DNA of 45,820 nt from a virus (taxonomy: Duplodnaviria; Caudoviricetes): positions 1 through 45,820 of IMG/VR virus record IMGVR_UViG_3300033067_002195. One strand, given 5' to 3'. The position numbers and the translations under genes were made by a program. Of this stretch, positions 35,723-45,697 are shown piece after piece. A model generated the notes under the pieces. It ran no database searches. It worked only from the letters and a program-made list of their open reading frames with translations, and was not told where the DNA came from. The stretch's first letter is position 1. Every line of letters begins with the position of its first letter.

Positions 35723-36445
35723 CTAAGAAGCGGCAACCACTCTAGCACCAGGAGCAAGAGGCTGGTATCTTATTAACCACTTAATATTACCTGTATTAGA
35801 AGCTGTAGAAACCGCTTTAATGGTTCCAGCAGGGACTGTAACAGGAGAAGCTTGAGATACTAACACTCCACTTGCATTACTAGTCATAGCGTTTGCCAGT
35901 GTACCAGTTATAGACAAAATGGTACCAGTAGCTAATGCTGTAATATTAAGATCAGTACACAAAGAGACAGAGCTTCCAACAGTAGGAAAAACCTGTAACT
36001 GCAAACTATCTGCTTGTGTTTGCACAGTAGTAGTGACTTCACCAATTATATCCAATATCCTAACAGGAGCAGTAACTGTAAATAAGTTAGAAGCCCCTGT
36101 TTGAGGAATAACACCAGTAGCTCTTAAGGTTATAAAGTGTCCTGCAATCTGTCCGCCAAGTTGCTCAATCAGAACACCTTTTGTGGCGCAAGTAGCAAGC
36201 TCGGTAAGAGTTGGAGCTGTAGTATAACCCTGAGAAACAAAAATTTTATCACCAGCTCCGGCAGTACAAGCAGCAAGCGCGGTAGTAAAATCAGTGTAAG
36301 CACGAATTACGCCTTCTGGATCTGGTCTAAACATTTCCCGAAGAGTTTGGGCATTAGTTTCGCTGGAAGAATATACCAGAAAAACTTTCCCATTTGTCTC
36401 TTTCAAAAACTGCAAACCATACCCAGAGTTTAAATTATAAAGCAT
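35723..36445 (-). CDS. putative head fibre/decoration protein
   Basis: T..AL.AC....GD.I.V motif; immediately downstream of capsid gene. Confidence 0.55.
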   Translation of the reverse strand: MLYNLNSGYGLQFLKETNGKVFLVYSSSETNAQTLREMFRPDPEGVIRAYTDFTTALAACTAGAGDKIFVSQGYTTAPTLTELATCATKGVLIEQLGGQIAGHFITLRATGVIPQTGASNLFTVTAPVRILDIIGEVTTTVQTQADSLQLQVFPTVGSSVSLCTDLNITALATGTILSITGTLANAMTSNASGVLVSQASPVTVPAGTIKAVSTASNTGNIKWLIRYQPLAPGARVVAAS

Positions 36446-36519
36446 TTGTATTCCTTATAAAGGGAGCCCACCACCGGCCTAAAGAGCAAATCTCTCTCAT
36501 AGCTCCCATTAATTATTTA

Positions 36520-37503
36520 TTAACTAGTCGGACAAGACATTACGATAAATCGTGGGTCATTACAGACTAAGGAATAAGAGGCAAAAGCCGCGTACTTCCA
36601 GTCCATAGTTTCAAATTCAATGCCCTGACCTTCTTGCGGGGTAATAAAAGTAGGAGCTTGACCAATAAAAGCGTGTAAGCCTTTTCTGGTTAAGTCAGCA
36701 AGACCCCACCACTTTGCCTTAGCGCTATCATAAGCACCAGAAGCAGTAGTGGCCAAATAAGGCAAAATTATATGTTGATACTTGCCGTTATACGGATTTA
36801 TAACACCGGCCTGGGCAGCTTCAGGATCCGCATAGGAGCCAAGATACTGCTTAACGGTGTTTACTGTATTTGGATCATCACCAGTTATAATGGCAGTCGG
36901 CTTACGCTTAGCCACTTTACCAGTAGTGGTAATCATCTGGCTAGAGAACAAAAGTTCGCCGGCTTCTATACCACCTTTAGAAATAACAGGGTCACCTGAA
37001 ATACGATTTCTAAAAGTAGTAGAAGAACCAGTCACTGTGTGAGCAGAATAAGCCAAAGCAAATCCGTCACCACAAGCTACGTTTACGCTATCCCCATCCA
37101 TATCTGTATAAGTAGTGGAAGTTGAAAAAGTTAAACGATGAGTCTTATCTAACTCCATACGGTCAGCTACAGAATCAGCCAAGCTGTTAATTCTATCTTG
37201 AATTTCCGCATACTTAGCATACTTACGCATGTTCCAGGTAATTTTAGTTTCCAAAGATACTTCGTAAGTTGCCCATGCTTTTCGGTAGAACTGGGCCAAT
37301 GAACCAAAACCGTGATCGCCACCTTCGCGCTTCTTTTTAGCAAAGCCGAAGCCGTCGATTCCGGAAATGTCGCCAGTATCTACATTGGTGTCGTGGATGT
37401 TGTACAACGCATCAGCTGCTTTTGGGAACATATCAAACCGCTTTTCCCACATAACAGTCAGGTTGTTGTTGAAATCCGGGAATGTAGAACGATTAATTTC
37501 CAT
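36520..37503 (-). CDS. major capsid protein (HK97 fold, Mu gpT-like)
   Basis: 327 aa; K.EG, GDG.AL.S.AH, .PYL....WW, DPR motifs; follows scaffold and cement genes. Confidence 0.8.
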   Translation of the reverse strand: MEINRSTFPDFNNNLTVMWEKRFDMFPKAADALYNIHDTNVDTGDISGIDGFGFAKKKREGGDHGFGSLAQFYRKAWATYEVSLETKITWNMRKYAKYAEIQDRINSLADSVADRMELDKTHRLTFSTSTTYTDMDGDSVNVACGDGFALAYSAHTVTGSSTTFRNRISGDPVISKGGIEAGELLFSSQMITTTGKVAKRKPTAIITGDDPNTVNTVKQYLGSYADPEAAQAGVINPYNGKYQHIILPYLATTASGAYDSAKAKWWGLADLTRKGLHAFIGQAPTFITPQEGQGIEFETMDWKYAAFASYSLVCNDPRFIVMSCPTS

Positions 37504-37523
37504 AAATTTCTATAGATTAATTA

Positions 37524-37970
37524 TTAAGCAGCTGGTGAGCTGAGGTTAGTTAAGACGAACACACCTTCTGTAGCTGAATGGTATTCAGAACAAGTTACAG
37601 GTTCGTTAGTTGTAGTAGAAACGGTGACAGCAGAGTTAGTATCTATGTCAAAACTTTTTCCTACATCAGTTGTAGCCAAAGATCCAGTTCCAACTGTAAT
37701 AACAGCCTCAGCCATAGGTGAGTCTGGTACTAAAACAGGAACTTTCTCAGTGGTAGTGTAATTGCTGGAAGAAGAGGTTACTTGGCCTCCAATATAAATA
37801 CCAGCAAGTGGGGTATCAGAAGCACCCGCGGTGGTAGTGGCTTGTTTTACAAAGCCAGCAGCCCATTCCACTAAAGAATTATTCTCCAGTGTGCCGGATG
37901 CAATTTTCGGGTACCATGCAATTTTCCATTTGCCGCGATAAGGCATCGCGGAACGTGCAGAAGCAGCCAT
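37524..37970 (-). CDS. putative capsid cement/decoration protein
   Basis: Small T/S/A-rich protein with DVGK..D motif directly upstream of MCP. Confidence 0.65.
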   Translation of the reverse strand: MAASARSAMPYRGKWKIAWYPKIASGTLENNSLVEWAAGFVKQATTTAGASDTPLAGIYIGGQVTSSSSNYTTTEKVPVLVPDSPMAEAVITVGTGSLATTDVGKSFDIDTNSAVTVSTTTNEPVTCSEYHSATEGVFVLTNLSSPAA

Positions 37971-38092
37971 AAAATTAAATAATTTAATAATAAAAACTCA
38001 AACAAAAAACAGACTTTTTACCACAAGCCTTATGTGGGCACGTTATAACGCTTAACGTACAAGCGAGGAAACCTCTAACGCGGGCTTCGTGT

Positions 38093-38132
38093 CGATGGGG
38101 AGGGTTTGGTAGCTACCAAACCTACCCTATCG
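38093..38132. other. long hairpin with perfect 20-bp palindrome upstream of capsid genes
   Basis: cgatggggag-ggtttggtagctaccaaacc-taccctatcg. Confidence 0.7.
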
Positions 38133-38143
38133 CAAAGAAGTGA

Positions 38144-38536
38144 CTATTCTTTTATTAATTCAGTTGTCGTCTTAATAATTTCATCTAACTGAGAAATACG
38201 AATATGCTCAGTGATACTTCTCTTAAACATCTTTGAAACAGCCTTTTCATAATTATCCACCATAGTTTGTTCAAATTGCTTAGAAATAAAATTGGTCTCC
38301 CCAATAGGAATATCATACATCAAAGCAAGTTTTAGTATTTCAGCAGTTAAAGGACTCCATTTGTAGACAATAACATATTCATCTCCATAAGCAGAATCCC
38401 GCTTCATAGAATCAAACTGTTCCTGCCGAACGAGGCCGGAACGGCCATCTTCCAATTCATAACGAACCCAATTTTCAGACTGAGGAACAACAGATTTAAC
38501 TTTGCTACTACCTATAAAGTATTTTTTATCATCCAT
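38144..38536 (-). CDS. hypothetical protein
   Basis: ORF track; GAAAGG upstream. Confidence 0.75.
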   Translation of the reverse strand: MDDKKYFIGSSKVKSVVPQSENWVRYELEDGRSGLVRQEQFDSMKRDSAYGDEYVIVYKWSPLTAEILKLALMYDIPIGETNFISKQFEQTMVDNYEKAVSKMFKRSITEHIRISQLDEIIKTTTELIKE

Positions 38537-38589
38537 ACTAACAACCTTTCTTTTTACCGCCTTTTTTCTTATTCATATATTTTTATATA

Positions 38590-39156
38590 TTAAGGATTAA
38601 TAAATTGAGGATCTATAGATATTCTACCAGAATAAATATTTTTATCAATAAACTCAACTACCCACTTACTAAATGAATTACCTTTAGAGTCAACAGCACT
38701 CTCCTCCCCAACTTTTTCTACATTGGCGCGTTCAGTAGTTCGAATAAAACTTACAAATTCAATTTCGGAAGAGTCAGTACCATCCAAAAAAGTAAGTTTC
38801 ATCTTTAAGTCTTCTCCATAAGGCACATTAGGGTTAAGTGGATTGTATAAGTAGTTATTTTTAACTAATTTATAAGCCACCACAACCTTACCATCATAAA
38901 CCATTAATTTAGCTTGAGGTAGCCCCTTAGGCTTAAGCTTACTTTCTGCCTCTTCTAACTTATAACGCCCAACAGAACCTTCAAGCACCTCTATCTTACT
39001 ATCTTTTTCTTTATTAGCCTTTTCTAATTTTTCCAAACTAGACAAAATACCTTTTAAGACATCAGGGTCAACCTCAATTTTAGAAGACCCTTTTTTAGGT
39101 GTCTCAACGGGTTCTTCCAAAGGAGAAATCTCTTCTTTTTTAGTTATTTCAGCCAT
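38590..39156 (-). CDS. hypothetical protein
   Basis: ORF track; GAAAGGA upstream. Confidence 0.75.
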   Translation of the reverse strand: MAEITKKEEISPLEEPVETPKKGSSKIEVDPDVLKGILSSLEKLEKANKEKDSKIEVLEGSVGRYKLEEAESKLKPKGLPQAKLMVYDGKVVVAYKLVKNNYLYNPLNPNVPYGEDLKMKLTFLDGTDSSEIEFVSFIRTTERANVEKVGEESAVDSKGNSFSKWVVEFIDKNIYSGRISIDPQFINP

Positions 39157-39168
39157 AATAGTCCTTTC

Positions 39169-39447
39169 TTAATTAAATATAACAGCCGGGACATGCTTGG
39201 ACGTACCATCCGACATGCGGCAAAGCTTAGTACCATCAGGCAAAACCACTTGTATTTCCTCAACCTTAGCACCTTCAAAGTAATAGTCTACTTTTAAAGT
39301 TTCTTCAACTTTATTAGGTTCTACGTTTTCTTCTGATACAACCTGTTCAGTAGAAGTTTCTGACTGTACAACAGCTTCTACTTCAGGCAAATTCGTAACT
39401 GTAATAGTTTCTTCAACTTTATTAGGTTCTACGTTTTCTTCTGACAT
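39169..39447 (-). CDS. acidic hypothetical protein with internal 13-aa repeat
   Basis: Likely start ATG 39447 after GAAAGGA; SEENVEPNKVEET twice. Confidence 0.7.
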   Translation of the reverse strand: MSEENVEPNKVEETITVTNLPEVEAVVQSETSTEQVVSEENVEPNKVEETLKVDYYFEGAKVEEIQVVLPDGTKLCRMSDGTSKHVPAVIFN

Positions 39448-39475
39448 AAATAGTCCTTTCAAAAAATTAATTAAA

Positions 39476-40084
39476 TTATGACTTACCATATTTTTTCATA
39501 TCAGCTTCCGTGTTTCCAAAAGCCGCCGCAAATGCTTTACTAGCCTCACTTTGAGGATTACCACCTGAAGAAGGAGGTGTAACTCTCGTAGAGACCATTA
39601 TTCCTGACATACTAGGCTGCTTAGTTCCACCTGTTGCTGCAGCAAAAGCTCCAACCAAAGCCGCGTTATAATCAGACTCACTTTTAGCCGATGCTGATAA
39701 TGGTGCAAAAAAATGATCAAATTTTTCTAACAATTCTTTATCACCAGCAATGTTATTAGCAGCAATAAAACCTTCTCTAAGCTTATTAAAAGGCTGAGCT
39801 TCAACTTTTCCCAACCTAGCATTTACTTCTGCCAATTGGTCTTGAAGTTTTTTTGCCTCAGCTTTGGCTTCTAAATCATCTTTTTCTTTTTTACTCCTTA
39901 ACTGAGAAAAATTATATTCTTTATCCTCAAAACCTTTTAACTTTTTCTCTAACTCTTCTTTTTCAGCTAAAGACTCCTGCCTTGCAGCTTCGGCCGCTTC
40001 TTCAGCCTTTTGCTTAGCAAGTTTTTCAGCTTCTTCCTGAGAAAAAACTTCTATTTCTTCACCTGAGTCATTCTTAATTTTCAC
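39476..40084 (-). CDS. putative capsid scaffolding protein
   Basis: Charged coiled coil between portal and MCP; GTG start after GAAAGG. Confidence 0.65.
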   Translation of the reverse strand: MKIKNDSGEEIEVFSQEEAEKLAKQKAEEAAEAARQESLAEKEELEKKLKGFEDKEYNFSQLRSKKEKDDLEAKAEAKKLQDQLAEVNARLGKVEAQPFNKLREGFIAANNIAGDKELLEKFDHFFAPLSASAKSESDYNAALVGAFAAATGGTKQPSMSGIMVSTRVTPPSSGGNPQSEASKAFAAAFGNTEADMKKYGKS

Positions 40085-40164
40085 AAACCGACCTTTCGCT
40101 TACTCCATACAGCACTGTTGCTATTTGCAACTAACAACCTTGTGCGAAGGCGTGGGGTAAGCAA

Positions 40165-40539
40165 TTAATTATTATCTACTGAACTAAATCCCTTGTTAGG
40201 GTTAAACCTGTCAATATTTCCACCAAATTTTTCCTGAAATTCTAAACTATATTTTTTAAATAATTCCTCAAATAAAGCTATCCCGTTTACTGTCGCGCGC
40301 CCAAACTGAAGTTCTTCATAACTTTTACTATCTAGACCATTTTTTTCAACCTGCTTATGCGTAATATTTTTTACAATCATCTGAAAAAACTGATTCGTGT
40401 ACACCTGATCACAAAACTGCACAAAATTTCTATATTCCTCAGGATCGCGGTCAAGTTTAGGAAAAACTACTTCTTCTAAAACAATCCCATTAAGTAACTC
40501 CCTATACAGTTTTATTATGTTGTCGGTTTTTTTCGGCAT
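40165..40539 (-). CDS. hypothetical protein downstream of portal
   Basis: ORF track; helical. Confidence 0.7.
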   Translation of the reverse strand: MPKKTDNIIKLYRELLNGIVLEEVVFPKLDRDPEEYRNFVQFCDQVYTNQFFQMIVKNITHKQVEKNGLDSKSYEELQFGRATVNGIALFEELFKKYSLEFQEKFGGNIDRFNPNKGFSSVDNN

Positions 40540-40702
40540 CTTTAAATCCTATTTTTTTAGATTGCTCATCATTAAGTGAGTAACTTTTTTCTTTCCAAAC
40601 TTCATTGTCCAAATATGCTTCATGCGGCCGGGTTCTACGTTCTTTTCGTAAAGCAACTTCTAAATTAGGAGCATCAATAAATTTTCTAATTATAAATCTC
40701 AC
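40502..40702 (-). CDS. hypothetical protein
   Basis: GTGA-coupled to portal; ends KKIGF. Confidence 0.6.
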   Translation of the reverse strand: MRFIIRKFIDAPNLEVALRKERRTRPHEAYLDNEVWKEKSYSLNDEQSKKIGFKDAEKNRQHNKTV

Positions 40703-42753
40703 GCTCCCCCTCCAAACCCCTGTCTCACCGCGGCCGGGACACCAGAAGGTGACGCTCTCATGCCTTTAGTCATAGGACTCTCTTCAGTTTTATCAACCTG
40801 CTGCTGATCAACCGGCATAGTACCCGGCAACATAACACCATTATTAAAAAATAACTTGGCATTAACTTTATTTTTCAATGCCCACTGGCTCTGCGCGTAC
40901 TCCTGATTAATACTCTGAACACCAAATAACTTCATAGCAGTAGCCAACTGATCAGTGAACATTATACGTTCCTGCATACTAGTTTCTTTCTCCTTAATCT
41001 CCACCTCAGGATACCATCGAAACTTAACAGTTCTAAGCAGTTCCGGATTAATCTGAACAATTTTTATAGGCTTAGAAGGAGGATTAACAGAAACTGTTTT
41101 CCCACCCTGGTCTCGCGTAATACCATTCTGCTCATCATACAAATCCATGGGATGACGAAACTTGGTAGTAAACTCTACTTTTTTAGTTCCCACCCCTTTA
41201 TTCCCAATCTCTTTTTCTAAAGAAACCGTCCTGTATTTTTTAACCAAAGTTCCCTTTACCTTATCCAGAATATCTCCTGTTGGCTTAGTATAACCATCAA
41301 GCAAATTATTAAGTCGCAAAACATCCAGCTTCATATGGAAACTCATAAACCCAAAAATCATAATCCCTAAATTTCTCTTCGCCTGGGCAGTAACTGTAGA
41401 AACCTCAGTGGCTGTAGTCTCACGAGAGGGACTGATACCCTGCATAATAGGATTAACACTCTTCTCATCAATAAACTTTTTCAACATCTCAATAAGCTGA
41501 AATTCAGAAGCATTCAATGAATACGCATTAGGATTTCCACCCAAAACTTCTATATCACCTTTCTGTAGATTATTCGTAACTTTTCCAGCATTAAACATGC
41601 TACGAGAAAGCAGCTGTCCAGAATAATTAGCGATCGGAGGCATTAAAGACTTCTGTCCTTTTAAAACAGACAATTTCAGCATTTCATCTATAACCTCTTG
41701 GTCTACTTTTGTTTTACAAGGAACACTCTTATGATAAGCAAACATCCCCATAGGCTCTAAACCACCCTGCACAATATTGTAGCCGTCAAACTCCCAAGGT
41801 TTCGGGAAACCTTTTGGTAGCTGCATAACTCCATTTATAATAATCTGATACTCATCATTAGGATCATCGGTAAATTTTATTATTTCCACCATCCCATCAT
41901 CCAAATTCTCCAAGCGCCAGTTAATTCCCCACTGAGTAGCATCCCCTTCCGTAGAAGCAGGGGCTAATTTTTTAGGTACAAATTTCCAGCGCGGTAAATT
42001 TCCATAAATTACCTTTGCGGTTTCGTAAGGTAAAATTTCTCTCGTAAAAATATACGGCTGACGATTTAAATCTGTCTCATAAATATTTCCCAAATAAACC
42101 TGAGTACCGATTAGAACGTTTCTACGACAACCAGAAAACATCGTCCTAAGTTTTTCCTCAGGTTTAAAATTTTTAAAATCAAAATCTTGAGTGAGAGAAG
42201 ATAAAGGAATTTTATTTTTATCAACTTTTATCTCATCAACTTCAATATCTTCCACAAAAACATCACCCTGGGCTGCCATCTCGTAGTAAGGGTAAAGCTT
42301 TTTATCTTCCCACATTTCAATCTGAGTAGAACGTTCAACACAATCCCCCATAGCCTCTCCAAGTTCAATTTCTTCGTTGTCATCTTTATCAAATGCCCTA
42401 AAATTAGTTCTAAAAACTAAATTTATAACATTAGACACAATAGCTAAAACCTTTTCCCTGGTAGTCCCTGTAACAATATTTACATCTTCGGGATTTTTTC
42501 TAGGTGGCGTGTGGGAATTAGCAGCTTTATCATTTTCCTCATACCATGTTTTATACCCAAGACCGTTAAATTTATCATGTGCCTGCTCCCGATTAGTCCT
42601 AGTATCTTCAAGCTTCTGCAATAATAAAACCCTATAGTCAGCCTCTTCTGCTGTATAGGGTGGTTGTGACAACGAAAAATCATCAGCTGCCTTAGATGTT
42701 TCTAGTGTAGTAGACTCTAAATTTTTAGACTGTTTTACAGCTTTTTTAGCCAT
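40699..42753 (-). CDS. portal protein (P22/podovirus-like)
   Basis: 684 aa after TerL; ETTATEV motif; Q/P-rich tail. Confidence 0.8.
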   Translation of the reverse strand: MAKKAVKQSKNLESTTLETSKAADDFSLSQPPYTAEEADYRVLLLQKLEDTRTNREQAHDKFNGLGYKTWYEENDKAANSHTPPRKNPEDVNIVTGTTREKVLAIVSNVINLVFRTNFRAFDKDDNEEIELGEAMGDCVERSTQIEMWEDKKLYPYYEMAAQGDVFVEDIEVDEIKVDKNKIPLSSLTQDFDFKNFKPEEKLRTMFSGCRRNVLIGTQVYLGNIYETDLNRQPYIFTREILPYETAKVIYGNLPRWKFVPKKLAPASTEGDATQWGINWRLENLDDGMVEIIKFTDDPNDEYQIIINGVMQLPKGFPKPWEFDGYNIVQGGLEPMGMFAYHKSVPCKTKVDQEVIDEMLKLSVLKGQKSLMPPIANYSGQLLSRSMFNAGKVTNNLQKGDIEVLGGNPNAYSLNASEFQLIEMLKKFIDEKSVNPIMQGISPSRETTATEVSTVTAQAKRNLGIMIFGFMSFHMKLDVLRLNNLLDGYTKPTGDILDKVKGTLVKKYRTVSLEKEIGNKGVGTKKVEFTTKFRHPMDLYDEQNGITRDQGGKTVSVNPPSKPIKIVQINPELLRTVKFRWYPEVEIKEKETSMQERIMFTDQLATAMKLFGVQSINQEYAQSQWALKNKVNAKLFFNNGVMLPGTMPVDQQQVDKTEESPMTKGMRASPSGVPAAVRQGFGGGA

Positions 42754-42767
42754 ATTTATATACCATA

Positions 42768-42807
42768 ATTATAAAACTCATGATACATTACGTCAACGTG
42801 TGGATAA
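42768..42807 (-). promoter_or_regulatory. consensus promoter with adjacent perfect DnaA box
   Basis: - strand TTATCCACA-cg-TTGACG-17 bp-TATAAT upstream of portal. Confidence 0.75.
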
Positions 42808-42808
42808 C

Positions 42809-44413
42809 TCACTCAGAAACTGAGCTAAAAACTCGATAAGGATTAAAACTACCTTCATCCATACTTTTACGCGCGCGCCACATAGCTGTATAAGAATTAT
42901 CAGCCGGCTTCTCCACTTCCTTCTGAAAAACTGTCAAAGATTTTACCGACAGCAAAAAACTAAGAGTGTCACAGTGGTCATCGTGCTTCCCTTTAGGAAA
43001 CTGTAACAACTCCTTCTGTAATTCAGTCATATTTTTCTTTAAAAAAAGAACACCAGTCTTCAGATATGGAATAAGCCCCAAGATTCTATCTTCTTTTCTT
43101 AAAGTAGCGTTTTTAATCTGATTAACAACAAAATATTTTTCTTTTTTCCTCTGCTGTTCCAGCACAAAACTTTCAAGCGCGGCCTGATACCCCACACTTT
43201 CGATCCAAACAGTGGAACTATACCTAGAAGAGTGCTCGAAAATAGCATCAATAGTTTTCAAAGGATCTAAAACCCTAGAATTACCCGATGTATATTCTCT
43301 AACATACCAGTTAGGACCATTCCTGTCCTTCGAAACCGTCATAACAACGACATTATCCGAACCTTTTTTCTTAGAAGAGGCTAAGTCAACTAAGGTAAAA
43401 TTAATAAACTCACCATTACCCAAATCTTCCTCTTCATAAAACCTAAACCACTCCGACTTAAAAGCTGCATTCTCTGTCAAAATAGGTTCCTGCTGATACA
43501 GTGAAGACCATTCCTGCACTTTTCCCTCTGACACTAAAGAATTTTTCGTTTTTATAACATCCTCTAAAGTAAATCTTTCCGGACAAATGACTTCTCCGGC
43601 TTTTCTATTAAATTCTTCTCCAAAATATTCATCTTTCTCAGCAATAGCAGGGAAACATAAATAATTCCATTTATCATAAGCACCCTCCGGTATGCCTGAT
43701 TTCTTAAAGTACTCCTGTAATTCTAAAAGTCTTCCAGTAGGATCATTTATACTCCATCTAGTTGCCACCACAACTAACCCTGATTTACTCTGTTTTCTCG
43801 TATAAAAAACAGTCTTAAACCATGACCAAACACCGTCAGAAACAGTGGAGCTATCAGCATCAGCCTGAGAAGAAATCAAGTCATCAGCAATCATCCACTT
43901 GCCAGAAAACCCAGTAAGCCCACCACCAACACCAACGGCTCTATAGCTACCACCTTTAGTAGTCTGCCAGTAGGTTTTACTAGTACTATCAGTACTGAGT
44001 CTAACCTTCGGAAAAATAATTTTATAAATATCTGAATTAACAATATCCCTACAAATCTGAGAGTTTCTTTCAGCCAAATCCGACCCATAAGAGGCCTGTA
44101 TTATCGGCCATTTAGTCTTCCCTAAAATCCAAGCCGGCATCAACTGGGATATGATAGTACTTTTACCTAACTGAGGCGGGCAAGCAAAAATTTCTCTAAC
44201 ATCCCTACCTGCTTTAACATCTTCAAACCTTGCCTGCAACTGCCTGGCTAAAAACGAGTGAAATTTTGTAGGAATAAAATCACTTTTTACCGCCATACAA
44301 AAAGCTAAAAAACTTCGCTGACACATCCAACTTAAAAGCCGCTCGTCAGAATACCCATCAGGCAAATTAAAGTTCTCTAGCAATGGTTTTGATGATTTCG
44401 ATAAATCTTGCAT
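42809..44413 (-). CDS. terL: terminase large subunit
   Basis: PPQLGKS Walker A, IADD Walker B, TRW..ND..GRL, YQQ.P, VDLA, HDD.CD; start uncertain (ATG 44413 chosen). Confidence 0.93.
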   Translation of the reverse strand: MQDLSKSSKPLLENFNLPDGYSDERLLSWMCQRSFLAFCMAVKSDFIPTKFHSFLARQLQARFEDVKAGRDVREIFACPPQLGKSTIISQLMPAWILGKTKWPIIQASYGSDLAERNSQICRDIVNSDIYKIIFPKVRLSTDSTSKTYWQTTKGGSYRAVGVGGGLTGFSGKWMIADDLISSQADADSSTVSDGVWSWFKTVFYTRKQSKSGLVVVATRWSINDPTGRLLELQEYFKKSGIPEGAYDKWNYLCFPAIAEKDEYFGEEFNRKAGEVICPERFTLEDVIKTKNSLVSEGKVQEWSSLYQQEPILTENAAFKSEWFRFYEEEDLGNGEFINFTLVDLASSKKKGSDNVVVMTVSKDRNGPNWYVREYTSGNSRVLDPLKTIDAIFEHSSRYSSTVWIESVGYQAALESFVLEQQRKKEKYFVVNQIKNATLRKEDRILGLIPYLKTGVLFLKKNMTELQKELLQFPKGKHDDHCDTLSFLLSVKSLTVFQKEVEKPADNSYTAMWRARKSMDEGSFNPYRVFSSVSE

Positions 44414-44678
44414 CTGAAATTGGTAGCTCTTTCTGGTTAGAAAAACCCTGCCTCTCAAGAGAGGCTTGTAAAATTTTAAGAGAAGAAGGATCCCCTGTAG
44501 TCTTAATCTGTGTAATAATAGCAGAGGCCATCTGTGCTTTTTGAGTCTCGTCATTAGCCATCATAGCCAAAACTTCATCAAAGGTTTTTCCTTTGAACTG
44601 CTCAAGATAATCCTTTGGCTTATCAAATAAAAAATCCTCAACCGAAGACGGCAGAACTTTCTTTTTTGGGTATGGCAT
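44367..44678 (-). CDS. putative terminase small subunit
   Basis: 103 aa helical protein directly upstream of and overlapping terL. Confidence 0.6.
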   Translation of the reverse strand: MPYPKKKVLPSSVEDFLFDKPKDYLEQFKGKTFDEVLAMMANDETQKAQMASAIITQIKTTGDPSSLKILQASLERQGFSNQKELPISDARFIEIIKTIAREL

Positions 44679-45015
44679 TAAGTAGATTGTTAATTTGGTT
44701 TAAATAGTCCTCTTTACTCTTAACAGTTATCGACAAGTGCCCCATATTGGTAATATTTCTATGGAACCCGACCTGCTCAGGTCTCAGCCTATCCTTTTTA
44801 ATTTTAATCTCAATTCCTAAAAATCTATAATCTGGTATCCACGCAAAAATATCATGTCCACCAGTAATACCAGCCTTAAAAAATCTTTTTTTAACAACCC
44901 CTTCTCTGTTTTCATACTCTGCGGCTCCGGCAGCAACACCATGCCTACAAGCAAAAATCCCTCGAAGAAACAAGTCATTTAAAATAAAACTAGTTAGCTC
45001 ATTAGCTTCCGACAT
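44638..45015 (-). CDS. VRR-NUC / Holliday-junction resolvase-like nuclease
   Basis: G..DI...FLGIEIK...DRLRPEQ..F motif. Confidence 0.85.
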   Translation of the reverse strand: MSEANELTSFILNDLFLRGIFACRHGVAAGAAEYENREGVVKKRFFKAGITGGHDIFAWIPDYRFLGIEIKIKKDRLRPEQVGFHRNITNMGHLSITVKSKEDYLNQINNLLNAIPKKESSAVFG

Positions 45016-45110
45016 ATAAATAATTATATGATAAAAAATAAATAATTATAAGTGTGGACAAGTTGGGGGTACGAAAGCGGAAAAACTAAAATTAAGCGGA
45101 AAAATCTAAA

Positions 45111-45139
45111 TTGACATATGGCTATTACATAGCTATCAT
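45111..45139 (+). promoter_or_regulatory. sigma70-type promoter with operator-like inverted repeat
   Basis: TTGACA, 17 bp, TATCAT; spacer contains gctat-tac-atagc. Confidence 0.75.
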
Positions 45140-45174
45140 ATAGATATGTTTAAGAATAAAAAATAAGGAGAAAT

Positions 45175-45651
45175 ATGCTAAAAAACATAAATGTAAGGCT
45201 TTTTGAACAAGAACAACAAATAGTACTTAAAATGAGAGAGTTGGGGCTTCCTGTTAATGAAATAATCAGGAACTGCATAAGAAATTATGCACATGAATAC
45301 CTAAAAGAAGAAAAAGGCTACTCAGAGGCTTTAAAAATTAGGGCTGCTTTGGCACTAGAAAAACATAACTTACAGAAAAAATTAGACTCGATGACTGACG
45401 AGGAATATGCAACGAAAGAATTAAGGGCTGTGGTAAAAGGGGATCGGGCATATATAACTATGTTTAACACTGGAACGTATGGGTTACCGTTAAATGGAAT
45501 AAAAGAGTTACGAGTAGACGATCAAATGATCAAGATCCACTTAGGAATCCTTGATGATATAAATGTAGAAAACAGGGAAGGGGTCAAAATGACGGAATCG
45601 GAAAAACGAGAAGCAAGGGAAAACCTAAATAAGATACGGAGAGGGGAATAG
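45175..45651 (+). CDS. putative regulator with RHH-like N-terminus
   Basis: NINVRL...LGLPVNEIIRNCI; AAGGAG upstream; own promoter and terminator. Confidence 0.65.
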   Translation: MLKNINVRLFEQEQQIVLKMRELGLPVNEIIRNCIRNYAHEYLKEEKGYSEALKIRAALALEKHNLQKKLDSMTDEEYATKELRAVVKGDRAYITMFNTGTYGLPLNGIKELRVDDQMIKIHLGILDDINVENREGVKMTESEKREARENLNKIRRGE

Positions 45652-45667
45652 AATAGCAGAATAAAGC

Positions 45668-45697
45668 AAAAAACGCCTCAAGGTGAGGCGTTTTTTT
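45668..45697 (+). terminator. intrinsic terminator
   Basis: aaaaaacgcctca-agg-tgaggcgttttttt. Confidence 0.88.

Noticed and set aside
19576-43439. Numerous + strand ORFs antisense to structural genes (e.g. 23192, 31547, 34334, 36137)
   Set aside because: Fully overlap longer motif-bearing - strand genes; typical antisense shadows.
44414-44554. N-terminal extension of TerL / TerS-TerL frameshift fusion
   Set aside because: The extension overlaps the TerS candidate and looks non-native; no clear slippery site was identified.
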